From NCBI GenBank assembly GCA_963801165.1, contig CAWDDT010000003.1, positions 96,001 through 160,000 of the forward strand: 64,000 bases of DNA, written 5' to 3'. The translations under genes and the position numbers were made by a program. Positions 19,584 to 28,456 of this stretch are shown one piece after another (the first letter of the stretch is position 1; each line of letters begins with the position of its first letter). Origin of the DNA: an uncultured bacterium (GTDB lineage: Bacteria > Actinomycetota > Acidimicrobiia > Spongiisociales > UBA5794). The notes under the pieces were generated by a model. That model was not told where the DNA came from, searched no databases, and was given only the letters and a program-made list of their open reading frames with translations.

Positions 19584-20881
19584 ATAGGAAGAGAATATGG
19601 GTGCTGCTTGCGGTGATTGCGTTGCTTGTCGCCGCATGTGGCTCCAGTGACGACAGCGGCGGCACAACCACCACCGCAGGTACCGAAACCACGGCCATGA
19701 CCGAGACGACCGCAGCGACGACAACGTCGAGCGGTGGTGCCGAGACCACCGCGGCGGCGATGGAGGCCCCCGCTTCGATACTCCTCGGCGCCGTGGTCCC
19801 GCAGACCGGTCCGTTCGCAGGTGGCGGCGCCCAGGTCATGCGCGGTTACCAGTACGCCGTCGATGCGATCAATGCCGCAGGCGGCGTGTACGTCGCCGAA
19901 TACGACAAGAGCCTGCCACTCGAGCTGATTCTCAGGGATGACGAATCGGATCCGAACAAGACCACGTCGATCATGGAGGACCTAGCCGGTCAGGGCATCA
20001 CCGTGTATCTGGGTGGGTTCGCCAGCCCGTTGCACGCAGCGGGCACCGCGGTCGCCGAGAAGAACCAGATCCCGTATCTGGGGGTAGCGACCGCTCTGCA
20101 GGCGCTGCACGAGCAGGGGTACCAGTACTACTTCTCGCCGTTCCCGAAGTCACCCGATATCGCGAAGTCTGTCTTCGAGATGCTCAACACCCTTCTTCCC
20201 GAGGGAGGGCGACCCACCAAGGTCGGCATCTTCCAGGAGGCGACGGACTGGGGTGAGGAGCTCGGTGCGTTGTGGGAGGAAGAGGCCGCCAAGCAGGGAT
20301 ACGAAATCGTGCTCCACGAGACGTATGCACCTGGAAGCGAGGACTTCACCGACATCATCCTGAAGGCGCAGGCCGCCGGCGTCGAGGCCCTGCTCAGCCT
20401 GCCCACCCCGCCCGATGGGTTCAACATCTACAAGCAGATGGGTGAGCTGGGCTGGAAGCCGCCGTTCAATCTCGTGGTCCGTGCTGCCGACGTTCCCACC
20501 TGGAACGATCTCGGTGACGTCGGTGACGGTGTCGTCCTGTCCGCCGGTTGGCATCCCGACCTCGGCTATCCCGGGATCGACGCGCTGAACCAGCGGCACA
20601 TCGCCGAAGAAGGCAGGCCTGCAGACCCGGTCGTCGGTGGTGCGTACTCGCTGGTGCAAATCGTCGCCGACTCCATCGAGCGGGCAGGGACCCTCGACCA
20701 CCAGGCCGTCCGCGACGCGATCGCGGCAACGGACCTCGACACGGTCGCCGGTCACATCACCTTCCGCGCCGACGGGACGTCGCCGATCGACAACCCGTTG
20801 ATGCAGCGTCAGGGCGACAAGGTCGTCCTCATTTGGCCACAGGTTGCCGGGGCGGGCGAGTTCATCTATCCCGCAAACTGA
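19580..20881 (+). CDS. Liv-type substrate-binding lipoprotein, probably for aromatic acids
   Basis: Lipobox VAAC, Thr-rich linker, RDDESDP; substrate inferred from context only. Confidence 0.85.
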   Translation: MNRKRIWVLLAVIALLVAACGSSDDSGGTTTTAGTETTAMTETTAATTTSSGGAETTAAAMEAPASILLGAVVPQTGPFAGGGAQVMRGYQYAVDAINAAGGVYVAEYDKSLPLELILRDDESDPNKTTSIMEDLAGQGITVYLGGFASPLHAAGTAVAEKNQIPYLGVATALQALHEQGYQYYFSPFPKSPDIAKSVFEMLNTLLPEGGRPTKVGIFQEATDWGEELGALWEEEAAKQGYEIVLHETYAPGSEDFTDIILKAQAAGVEALLSLPTPPDGFNIYKQMGELGWKPPFNLVVRAADVPTWNDLGDVGDGVVLSAGWHPDLGYPGIDALNQRHIAEEGRPADPVVGGAYSLVQIVADSIERAGTLDHQAVRDAIAATDLDTVAGHITFRADGTSPIDNPLMQRQGDKVVLIWPQVAGAGEFIYPAN

Positions 20882-20940
20882 CATCCGCAAACCGATATCC
20901 AGCAAACTGATATCCAGCAAACTGATATCCAGCAAACTGA
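20873..20940 (+). repeat. Tandem repeat of a 15-bp unit GCAAACTGATATCCA, about 4.6 copies, starting in the last codons of the binding-protein gene
   Basis: gcaaactgacatcc gcaaaccgatatcca gcaaactgatatcca gcaaactgatatcca gcaaactga. Confidence 0.9.
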
Positions 20941-20961
20941 AGCGAATACGGTCCAACAGAA

Positions 20962-20992
20962 CAGGAGGGGTCGCCGGTGGCGGCCCCTCCTG
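20962..20992. terminator. Hairpin between convergent genes
   Basis: CAGGAGGGGTCGCC-GGT-GGCGGCCCCTCCTG, 14-bp stem with one G-U pair. Confidence 0.65.
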
Positions 20993-21017
20993 ACAATTCG
21001 GATGACGATCGGGGCCG

Positions 21018-22004
21018 TCAGCGCTCGGTTTGATTGCGAGCAGGACGGGCGGGGGAGCCGAGGATGGCGCGTGCCGCAGCGGCATCCGTGATCAACGCCG
21101 TGATCAGCCCGCCGGTGAGCGCCCCGCGGATGGCGACCGCCTTGTCGGCGCCGGCCGCAACGGCTACGACGATCGGGATCCGGCGGAGGGCCTCGAAGGA
21201 GATCGCGACGGCACGCCGGTTGACCGAGTGCTCGACCGATCGGCCGGCAGCGTCGTAGAACTGGGCACAAGTGTGCCCGACTGCGTCGCGATTGCGGAGG
21301 TCGGCGAGGTCCTCGTGTGAGATGAGGCCGGCAAAGATCGGACCGGGAGCCCCCATCTCGCCTATCCCGATGAGGGCGATGTGGGCGTTGGCGGCGAGAT
21401 CCAACGTCTCTCGGACCGAGGGGTCCGAGAGGAAGACTTCCCTGGCGGCCTCCGTCTCGGCAAGCAGCGGGGCATGCACGGCGCGGAATACACCCCCGTA
21501 CGCACGGGCCAGTTGTCTGGCCACTTCGGGCCCGTCGATCATGGGGTTCTGCCGGCCGATCGATCCGATCATCTGCGCCGCGACGATGGCCCGGGGGTGG
21601 CGTGGCGCGATCGTGTTGACCATGCGTGAGATCGACCTGCCGTTCGATATGGCCACCGTCATGCCGTCTTCGAGGAGCTCGTCGAGGTAGTCGGAGGCGA
21701 CCAGGCTGATGTCCTCGCGAGCCACCAGCTGGTCGGAGCTGCCGGCAACGACGCGTGCTGCCTGAAGACCGAACCGACTCTCGAGCTGGTTTTCGAGATG
21801 GAGTTGACGCTCGGCCGGGTGGACGATGCGGATCCGCACGACACCCATCTCCCGGGCGTCTGCGAGCATGCGAGAGATGGTCGAGCGGGAAACACCGAGC
21901 CGCTCGGCGATCTCACCCTGGTTCACGTCCTGCTCGTAGTACATCCGCGCCGCGGCGACCAGCTCCTCGGTCGACCGTCCCCCTGATTCAGTCCGTTTGC
22001 TCAT
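21018..22004 (-). CDS. SorC/LsrR-family sugar-binding transcriptional regulator
   Basis: AARMYYEQDVNQGEIAERLGVSRSTISRML HTH; KAVAIRGALTGG...LITD C-terminal motif. Confidence 0.9.
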   Translation of the reverse strand: MSKRTESGGRSTEELVAAARMYYEQDVNQGEIAERLGVSRSTISRMLADAREMGVVRIRIVHPAERQLHLENQLESRFGLQAARVVAGSSDQLVAREDISLVASDYLDELLEDGMTVAISNGRSISRMVNTIAPRHPRAIVAAQMIGSIGRQNPMIDGPEVARQLARAYGGVFRAVHAPLLAETEAAREVFLSDPSVRETLDLAANAHIALIGIGEMGAPGPIFAGLISHEDLADLRNRDAVGHTCAQFYDAAGRSVEHSVNRRAVAISFEALRRIPIVVAVAAGADKAVAIRGALTGGLITALITDAAAARAILGSPARPARNQTER

Positions 22005-22120
22005 CCCGTCACCAAGCCTGCCGTCTCCATCAACTACACCGCTCACGGCCGCGGGGCCGCTTGCTGCATTCTGCCACCGCCGAACCTTCGACTTGCAATG
22101 TAAAGCGCTCTCGTCTACAT

Positions 22121-22157
22121 TGTGCAAATACGTTCACAGTATTGCACAGATTTGCAC
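22121..22157. promoter_or_regulatory. Candidate SorC-type operator/promoter region
   Basis: TGTGCAAATAC...GTATTGCACA near-inverted repeat plus a second TTGCAC, in AT-rich divergent intergenic DNA. Confidence 0.5.
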
Positions 22158-22166
22158 GGAGTGATA

Positions 22167-23132
22167 ATGGCTGTCATCAGAACCATCCTCGGAGACATCG
22201 AGCCAAGCGCGCTGGGGGCGACGAACTCGCATGACCATCTGATCAGGGTTGGCGGCGGCGAGGTGCTGGTCGACGACGACCACAACCTCAACTCGGTCGA
22301 CAAGGCCGTTGAAGAGGCCACCTACTTCGTCAAGGCCGGCGGTGGTGCGGTCATCGACATGTGTCCCATCTACATGGGGCGCGACATGGACAAGCTGCTC
22401 GAAGTGAACCGCCGGGTCCCCGATCTCAACATCGTGGCGGCTACCGGTTTCCACAAGGGCTCGCTCTACATGGAACAGACCTTCCACTGGATCAGCAAGT
22501 ATTCTGTCGAAGAGATCGCCGGCCTCATCGTCGCCGATATCGAGGAGGGGATCGACCGCTACGACTACGCGGGCCCCATCGTCGACCGCTCCACGGCACG
22601 GGCCGGCGTCATCAAGGCGGCTACCGGCTACGGCATGATCACCGACTTCGAGAAGAAGCAGCTCGAGGCCTGTGCCATCGCGGCGATCCGCACCGGCGCT
22701 TCGATCAACACTCACACGACGACCGGGACCATGGGTCTCGAGCAGGCGAGGATGCTGATCGGCTTCGGAGTGAATCCGGAGAAGATCGCCATCGGTCACA
22801 TCCAGCGGAACAACGACCCGTGGTACCACAAGAAGATCACGGAACTGGGCTGCTACGTCGAGTACGACGGCACCTACCGCATCAAGTACCTACCGGACAG
22901 CTCCCGGATCATGTTGATACGCGAGATGTGCGACGCCGGATACCAGGACCGCATTTTGCTCGGCACCGATTCGGGCAAACGGTCATACCAGAAAGCCTGG
23001 GGATCGGGAACGGGTATCGACTACGACCTGACAATCACCGGGCCTCGCATGACGGAAGAGGGTTTCGACCCGTCTGTGTTCGAGGACCTGATGGTCAACA
23101 ACCCGGCACGATTTTTCCAGCTGGACAGATAA
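22167..23132 (+). CDS. Phosphotriesterase-family lactonase (phospho-sugar lactonase-like)
   Basis: RTILGDI, HDH, TGFHK, GVIKAATGY, HT, GH, GTDSG and NNPARFF motifs; resembles the Mycoplasma phospho-furanose lactonase subfamily as I remember it. Confidence 0.8.
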   Translation: MAVIRTILGDIEPSALGATNSHDHLIRVGGGEVLVDDDHNLNSVDKAVEEATYFVKAGGGAVIDMCPIYMGRDMDKLLEVNRRVPDLNIVAATGFHKGSLYMEQTFHWISKYSVEEIAGLIVADIEEGIDRYDYAGPIVDRSTARAGVIKAATGYGMITDFEKKQLEACAIAAIRTGASINTHTTTGTMGLEQARMLIGFGVNPEKIAIGHIQRNNDPWYHKKITELGCYVEYDGTYRIKYLPDSSRIMLIREMCDAGYQDRILLGTDSGKRSYQKAWGSGTGIDYDLTITGPRMTEEGFDPSVFEDLMVNNPARFFQLDR

Positions 23133-23178
23133 GGCTGCGAGGCAGCAACAACTCGAGGAGAGAGACCAAGGAGAGAGA

Positions 23179-24285
23179 ATGAAAGCAATTTGGAAGTTGG
23201 CCGTGATCCTGGCCGGTTTCGCCCTGATCGCGGCGGCGTGCGGCTCCGACGATGCGTCGACCACAACCGTCGGAGCCGGCACCGAAACGACCGCTGCTGC
23301 GTCCGAAACGACGGCCATGTCCGAAACGACGGCCATGTCCGAGACGACGGCCGCAGCCGAGACGACTACGGCAGCAACAGACGCGATGGAGCCGATCGTA
23401 ATTGGCCTGTCATTGCAGAACCAGGCGCGCTCGTTCTTCACCGGCATGGTGGCAGGCGCACAGGAGAAGGCAGATGAGCTCGGTGTCGACCTGCGCGTTG
23501 TAGAAGCGGCAGACGACTCGGAGAAGCAGACCCAGGACGTTGCCGACCTGATCCAGGCCGGTGTGGCCGGGATCCTCCTGTCGCCGGTCGACAGCGCGGT
23601 TGCCGTGTCGATTGCGGATAACGCGATTCAAGCGGGTGTGCCGATTCTCGCTGTGGCCAACCAGATCGGAACCGTCGACGAGTACGGCCCGCAGTACGTT
23701 TATCCGGGGACTGTCGCCCTCGTGACCAACGACGACATCGACATGGGCGCCAAGGCGGCCGGCTTCGTCAAGGAACTTGCCGCCGGTAACGCAGTCAAGA
23801 TCGCCATCGTGTCGGGTAGCACCGGCACCGCCAATGCAACGTTGCGGGACAAGGGCTTCAAGGATGAGCTCGACGCCCTTGGCGTCTCTTACGAGATCGT
23901 CGCCGAGCAGGACGGCGCCTGGACGAACGAGCAGGGCGAGGTCGTGTGCCAGAACCTCCTCCAGGCGAACCCTGCGGGAACGCTTGACATCATCTTCAGC
24001 CATTCTGATGAGATGTCGGCAGGTTGCGCCCGGGCTCTCGACAGCGCCGACCGCGTCGGCGACGTTTCGCTGGTTAGCATCGGCGGCAATGAGAAGGGTA
24101 TCGGCCTTCTGAACGACGGTCTCATGGTCGGAACCGTCTGCCAGAAGCCGGGCACGATGGGAGCCACTGCAGTGGAGACCATGTACAACGCCATCACCAC
24201 AGGCAACATGGATCAGGGCCTCACCTTCTATGAGACCCCGGTAGTGACGCTCGACACGCTCGACCTGTGCGTGCCGCAGTGGTAA
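23179..24285 (+). CDS. Sugar ABC substrate-binding lipoprotein (RbsB-like)
   Basis: Lipobox AAAC, ETT-repeat linker, FFTGM, SPVDS, HSDEM and SIGG. Confidence 0.85.
   Translation: MKAIWKLAVILAGFALIAAACGSDDASTTTVGAGTETTAAASETTAMSETTAMSETTAAAETTTAATDAMEPIVIGLSLQNQARSFFTGMVAGAQEKADELGVDLRVVEAADDSEKQTQDVADLIQAGVAGILLSPVDSAVAVSIADNAIQAGVPILAVANQIGTVDEYGPQYVYPGTVALVTNDDIDMGAKAAGFVKELAAGNAVKIAIVSGSTGTANATLRDKGFKDELDALGVSYEIVAEQDGAWTNEQGEVVCQNLLQANPAGTLDIIFSHSDEMSAGCARALDSADRVGDVSLVSIGGNEKGIGLLNDGLMVGTVCQKPGTMGATAVETMYNAITTGNMDQGLTFYETPVVTLDTLDLCVPQW
23302..23352 (+). repeat. In-frame 18-bp tandem repeat encoding SETTAM, about 3 copies
   Basis: tccgaaacgacggccatg twice, then tccgagacgacggcc. Confidence 0.8.
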
Positions 24286-25535
24286 TGAAGTCGGCCGCGG
24301 GCCGGGAACGCGATCGATCTGACGACGCGGTACCCGGCGCGCACACCGGTAACGGTGTGAACGACAAGCAAGCGTGGGGCGGAGACGTCCGCCCCACCTC
24401 GCTGACCGCAATGGTGGCGCACCTCCGGCCGGCGCTGTCGCTGCGTCGCAGCGGTGTCGTCTATGGCCTCATCCTCGTGGTCGTGGGCATGATCGCCTTC
24501 TCGATCTACTCCGGCAGGCCCCCTTATCTCGCCTCATCCAACGTAAGCAATTTGCTCGACCAGATGATGCTCACCGGGATCCTCGCCATCGGCATGACGG
24601 TCCTGCTCATCAGTGGCAACTTCGACCTGTCGGTGGGATCGCTGACCGCACTCACCGCGATGAGCACGGCGCTCGTCGCCAAGGCGATGGGCCCGGTGCC
24701 GGCGGTCGCCGTCGGGCTCGTTGTCGGCATGGCAGGCGGCGCGCTCAACGGCATCATCCACTGGAAGATCGGGCTCAACTCGTTCATCGTCACCCTGGGC
24801 ACCTTGATCGCATACCGGGGAGTGACCCAGCTCATATCCGGATCCCGGTCGGTCAACGTTTCCGGCGACACCAAGGCCACCCTGGAGAGCTGGGGTGGAA
24901 GCTATATCCACATCGGAGATATTGCGCTGGCCGCGGCGGCGGCCGCCGCGGTGGTGGCCGTCATTGGTTTGTGGCAGAAGCATCGGCCTGTCGCCACCCT
25001 CGGCGGGGTGGGTGCGGTCCTGTTCTTCATCCTCTCGCTTTTCACCAGCTACCCGCTGCGCCTCTCCCAGGGCGCGTTATACATGCTCATCTTGCTGGCC
25101 ATCGTTGGATTCATCCTTCGTTTCACCGTAACCGGCCGCCGCCTCTATGCCACGGGCGGGAACATCGAGGCGGCCCGCGCCTCTGGTGTCGTGGTGGCCC
25201 GTTATCGGGTAGTTCCTTTCATCGTTGTTGGTGCCTGTGCGGGCATCGCCGGTGTGCTGTGGACCATGCGGCTGGCCTCGGTCGATCCAAATGCTTTCAC
25301 CTCGAAAGAGCTGGACGTACTGGCGGCGGCGATCATCGGGGGTGTCGCCCTCACCGGCGGCTTCGGAAGTGTCGTCAAGTCGATCGTCGGTACCGCCCTG
25401 CTCGTGGTGTTGACCAACGGATTCAACATCCTCAACGTCCCGCCGGCGATGCAGATGCTCGCCCAGGGAGCGATCATTCTCGGTGCGGCCGGCCTCTACA
25501 TGCTGGCGGACCGGCGAGCTAAGGAGCGTGCCTGA
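24285..25535 (+). CDS. Sugar ABC permease (RbsC-like; start uncertain)
   Basis: GNFDLSVGS, SFIVTLGT, GGNIEAARASG and ELDVLAAAIIGG motifs. Confidence 0.9.
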   Translation: MKSAAGRERDRSDDAVPGAHTGNGVNDKQAWGGDVRPTSLTAMVAHLRPALSLRRSGVVYGLILVVVGMIAFSIYSGRPPYLASSNVSNLLDQMMLTGILAIGMTVLLISGNFDLSVGSLTALTAMSTALVAKAMGPVPAVAVGLVVGMAGGALNGIIHWKIGLNSFIVTLGTLIAYRGVTQLISGSRSVNVSGDTKATLESWGGSYIHIGDIALAAAAAAAVVAVIGLWQKHRPVATLGGVGAVLFFILSLFTSYPLRLSQGALYMLILLAIVGFILRFTVTGRRLYATGGNIEAARASGVVVARYRVVPFIVVGACAGIAGVLWTMRLASVDPNAFTSKELDVLAAAIIGGVALTGGFGSVVKSIVGTALLVVLTNGFNILNVPPAMQMLAQGAIILGAAGLYMLADRRAKERA

Positions 25536-26287
25536 TGGCGACTCTCGAGGTGCGCGGTATCCACAAGCGATTCGGTGCGGTCAGGGCGCTCGATAACGTG
25601 AGCTTGTCGGTCGAGAGGGGTGAGATCCTCGGGCTGGTGGGCGACAACGGCGCCGGCAAATCGACGATGGTCAAGATCCTGGCCGGGATCTATCCCCCGA
25701 CTGAGGGCGAGATCCTGCTCGACGGCGAGCCGACCGTGTTCCACTCGCCGCTCGAGGCGAGAGCTCAGGGTCTGGAGACGGTCCATCAGACTCTCGAGCT
25801 GGTCGAGGAGTTCAACGTCGCCGAGAACTTCTATCTCGGTAGAGAGCTGTCGAAGTACGGCATCCTCCGCGTCAACCGCAGCCGTGAGATGCGGGGGCGC
25901 TCGGAGCAGGCCGTATCCGAGCTCGGCATAAAGATCCCCGGTGGTGTCCGCCGCAGCGTGCGCAGCATGTCCGGTGGCCAGCGCCAGGCGGTCGCCATTG
26001 CTCGCGCCGCCTTCTGGCACACCAAGGTCCTCCTCCTCGACGAGCCAACGGCGGCCCTCGGCGTTCGCGAGAGCGGCAGGGTCGTCGAGCTCGTCGACCG
26101 GCTTGCACACGAGCGGGGAGCCGCCATCTTGTTGATCACGCACAACATGGAGCAGGTCAGGGAACTGTGTGACCGGGTGGTCGTGCTCCGTCAGGGGCGG
26201 AAGGTGGCCGAACTCAGCGACGGCTTCGATGTCGAAGATGTCGTCGGCTACATAACCGGCGCCCGCGAAGAGCAGAGGACCGCATGA
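25535..26287 (+). CDS. Sugar ABC ATPase, single domain
   Basis: GDNGAGKST, MSGGQRQ and LLDEPTAALG motifs. Confidence 0.9.
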   Translation: MATLEVRGIHKRFGAVRALDNVSLSVERGEILGLVGDNGAGKSTMVKILAGIYPPTEGEILLDGEPTVFHSPLEARAQGLETVHQTLELVEEFNVAENFYLGRELSKYGILRVNRSREMRGRSEQAVSELGIKIPGGVRRSVRSMSGGQRQAVAIARAAFWHTKVLLLDEPTAALGVRESGRVVELVDRLAHERGAAILLITHNMEQVRELCDRVVVLRQGRKVAELSDGFDVEDVVGYITGAREEQRTA

Positions 26288-26943
26288 GCGGGCGTCCCCG
26301 TCTCCAGGTTGCGCTGGACAGCCTCGATCTGCCCGCGGCGCTCCGTCCGCTCCCCGAGGTCGCCGACTACGTCGACGTCATCGAGGTCGGCACAGTCCTG
26401 TGTCTGAGTGAAGGGATGCACGCCGTCAGAGCGGTCCGTGCCCTGTTTCCCGGCAAGGACGTGCTCGCAGATGTCCGGATCGCCGAAGCAGGCAGTGTCA
26501 TCGCCAAGCTGGCCTTCGACGCCGGAGCCAACCTGGTCTCGGTGATCGGTTGTGCCGCCATGGCGACCTTCGACGTGGTGGTTGCCGAGGCACGGCGAGC
26601 CGGTGGGGAGGTACAGGTCGAGCTGGGCGCAGATTGGTCTCTCGACCGGGCGGCGCAGCTATGGGAAGCGGGCGTTACCCATGCCATCCTGCACCGCAGC
26701 CGCGACGCCGAGGCTCTGGGAACGCTCGAATGGGCACCCGGTGACCTCGAGTCGATAAAGCTGCTCGCCGACATCGGTTTCCAGGTCACCGTCACCGGCG
26801 GCATCGGCGTCGCCGACATCGACATTCTCGCCGGCTACCCCGTTGCGATTGTGATCGCGGGGAGAAGCATCGTCGCCGCTGCGGACCCGCGGCGGGCGGC
26901 GGCCGACCTGGTTGCCGCGTTGGATAGGGGATGGCCGGTGTGA
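26284..26943 (+). CDS. ulaD: 3-keto-L-gulonate-6-phosphate decarboxylase-like protein
   Basis: LQVALD, IEVGTVLC, VQVEL, HRSRDA, VTVTGG and IAGRSI match UlaD; the DxKxxD motif reads DxRxxE. Confidence 0.8.
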   Translation: MSGRPRLQVALDSLDLPAALRPLPEVADYVDVIEVGTVLCLSEGMHAVRAVRALFPGKDVLADVRIAEAGSVIAKLAFDAGANLVSVIGCAAMATFDVVVAEARRAGGEVQVELGADWSLDRAAQLWEAGVTHAILHRSRDAEALGTLEWAPGDLESIKLLADIGFQVTVTGGIGVADIDILAGYPVAIVIAGRSIVAAADPRRAAADLVAALDRGWPV

Positions 26944-27791
26944 CCGGCCGGTACTCCCTCGGGATATACGAGAAAGCACTGCGATCGTCGACCGGCTGGG
27001 AGGTGCGACTGGCCGAGGCGCGTGAGGCCGGGTTCGAGTTCGTCGAGATGTCGATAGACCCGTCTCCCGACCGGCTCCCCCGGCTGGATTGGCTTTCCGC
27101 CGATCGGCTCCGATTCCGGCGCCAAGTCACGGCTTCGGGCATCGACGTGCCGAGCATCTGTCTGAGCGCGCACAGGGACCACCCTCTGGGATCCTCCGAT
27201 CCCGAGCGCCGGCTGCGGGGAGCGGAGATCCTGGGCAAGGCGATCGAGCTGGCCGGAGACATCGACGTGCGGGTGGTCCAGATTGCCGGCTACTACACGA
27301 GCCCGGATGACCGGCACCCGGATGCTCGGGCCTGCTATGTCGCTGCGCTTGCTGCCGGCGCCGAGCAGGCGGCAAAAGCGGGTGTCATGCTCGCCATCGA
27401 GAATGTCGACGGTCCCGATATCAACTCGGTCACGAGGGCGATGGAGGTCGTCGACGAGATCGGCTCGCCGTGGCTTCAGGTCTATCCGGACATAGGGAAC
27501 ATCGCCGAGAACGAACTCGACACCGTTGCCGAGCTCACCGTTGCCAAGGGCCATATGGTGGCACTCCATGCCAAGGACGTGCGCGTCGGTGAACCACGCC
27601 GGGTCCCGTTTGGCGAGGGGGTAGTCGACTTCGACCTCGCCTTCGACACGCTGGCGCGACTCGGCTATTTCGGGAGGCTGATGATCGAGATGTGGAACGA
27701 CGATGCGCCCGATTCGGTGGCCGCAACGCGTGCAGCGCGCTCTTTCATCATCGAGAGGATCGAGCGAGCGGAGTTGCAGGTGGCGTCATGA
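26940..27791 (+). CDS. ulaE: L-ribulose-5-phosphate 3-epimerase (start 26931 or 26940)
   Basis: LGIYEKAL, FVEMSID, ICLSAHR, YPDIGN, HAKD and IEMW motifs. Confidence 0.85.
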   Translation: MTGRYSLGIYEKALRSSTGWEVRLAEAREAGFEFVEMSIDPSPDRLPRLDWLSADRLRFRRQVTASGIDVPSICLSAHRDHPLGSSDPERRLRGAEILGKAIELAGDIDVRVVQIAGYYTSPDDRHPDARACYVAALAAGAEQAAKAGVMLAIENVDGPDINSVTRAMEVVDEIGSPWLQVYPDIGNIAENELDTVAELTVAKGHMVALHAKDVRVGEPRRVPFGEGVVDFDLAFDTLARLGYFGRLMIEMWNDDAPDSVAATRAARSFIIERIERAELQVAS

Positions 27792-28456
27792 TGCTCGAAG
27801 AGCTTCGCATCGAGGTCTGTGCGGCCAACCGCGCGTTGCTGAGCGCAGGTCTGGTGACATGGACGTCGGGCAACGTCTCGGGGCGCGATCCGGAGACGGG
27901 TCTCGTGGCCATCAAACCGTCTGGTGTCATGTTCGATGACCTGACGCCCGACTCGATGGCTGTGTTGACGCTCGATGGGGAGCAGGTCGGCGGAGACCTG
28001 CCGCCGTCGTCGGACACCGCTTCGCATCTCTTCGTGTACCGCGGGCGGCCCGATGTCAACGGCATGACCCACACCCATTCGAACTATGCGACTGCATTTG
28101 CTGCGGCCGGTCGGTCGATCCCGGTCTGTCTCACCGGCATCGCCGACGAGTTCGGCTGCGACATCCCGCTCGGCGGCTATGCCGCGATCGGTGGCAAGGA
28201 GATAGGCGCGGAGATCCTGCGGTCGATCGGAAGCTCGCCGGCGATTCTGATGCGCCAGCACGGCGTGTTTACGATTGGCCCGACTGTTCGCAAGGCACTG
28301 AAGGCTGCGGTGATGGTTGAGGATTCGGCAAAGACGGTGGCGATCGCCATGACGCTCGGCGGGGTGCAGCGGCTCCCGGATGAGGAGATAGCCGCAAATC
28401 ACGATCGGTACCAGCACCGCTACGGCACGTTTGCCGCCACGGACCTGTCCTCGTGA
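27788..28456 (+). CDS. araD: L-ribulose-5-phosphate 4-epimerase
   Basis: WTSGNVSGRD, IKPSG, SSDTASH, HTHSNYAT and HGVF motifs. Confidence 0.85.
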   Translation: MMLEELRIEVCAANRALLSAGLVTWTSGNVSGRDPETGLVAIKPSGVMFDDLTPDSMAVLTLDGEQVGGDLPPSSDTASHLFVYRGRPDVNGMTHTHSNYATAFAAAGRSIPVCLTGIADEFGCDIPLGGYAAIGGKEIGAEILRSIGSSPAILMRQHGVFTIGPTVRKALKAAVMVEDSAKTVAIAMTLGGVQRLPDEEIAANHDRYQHRYGTFAATDLSS

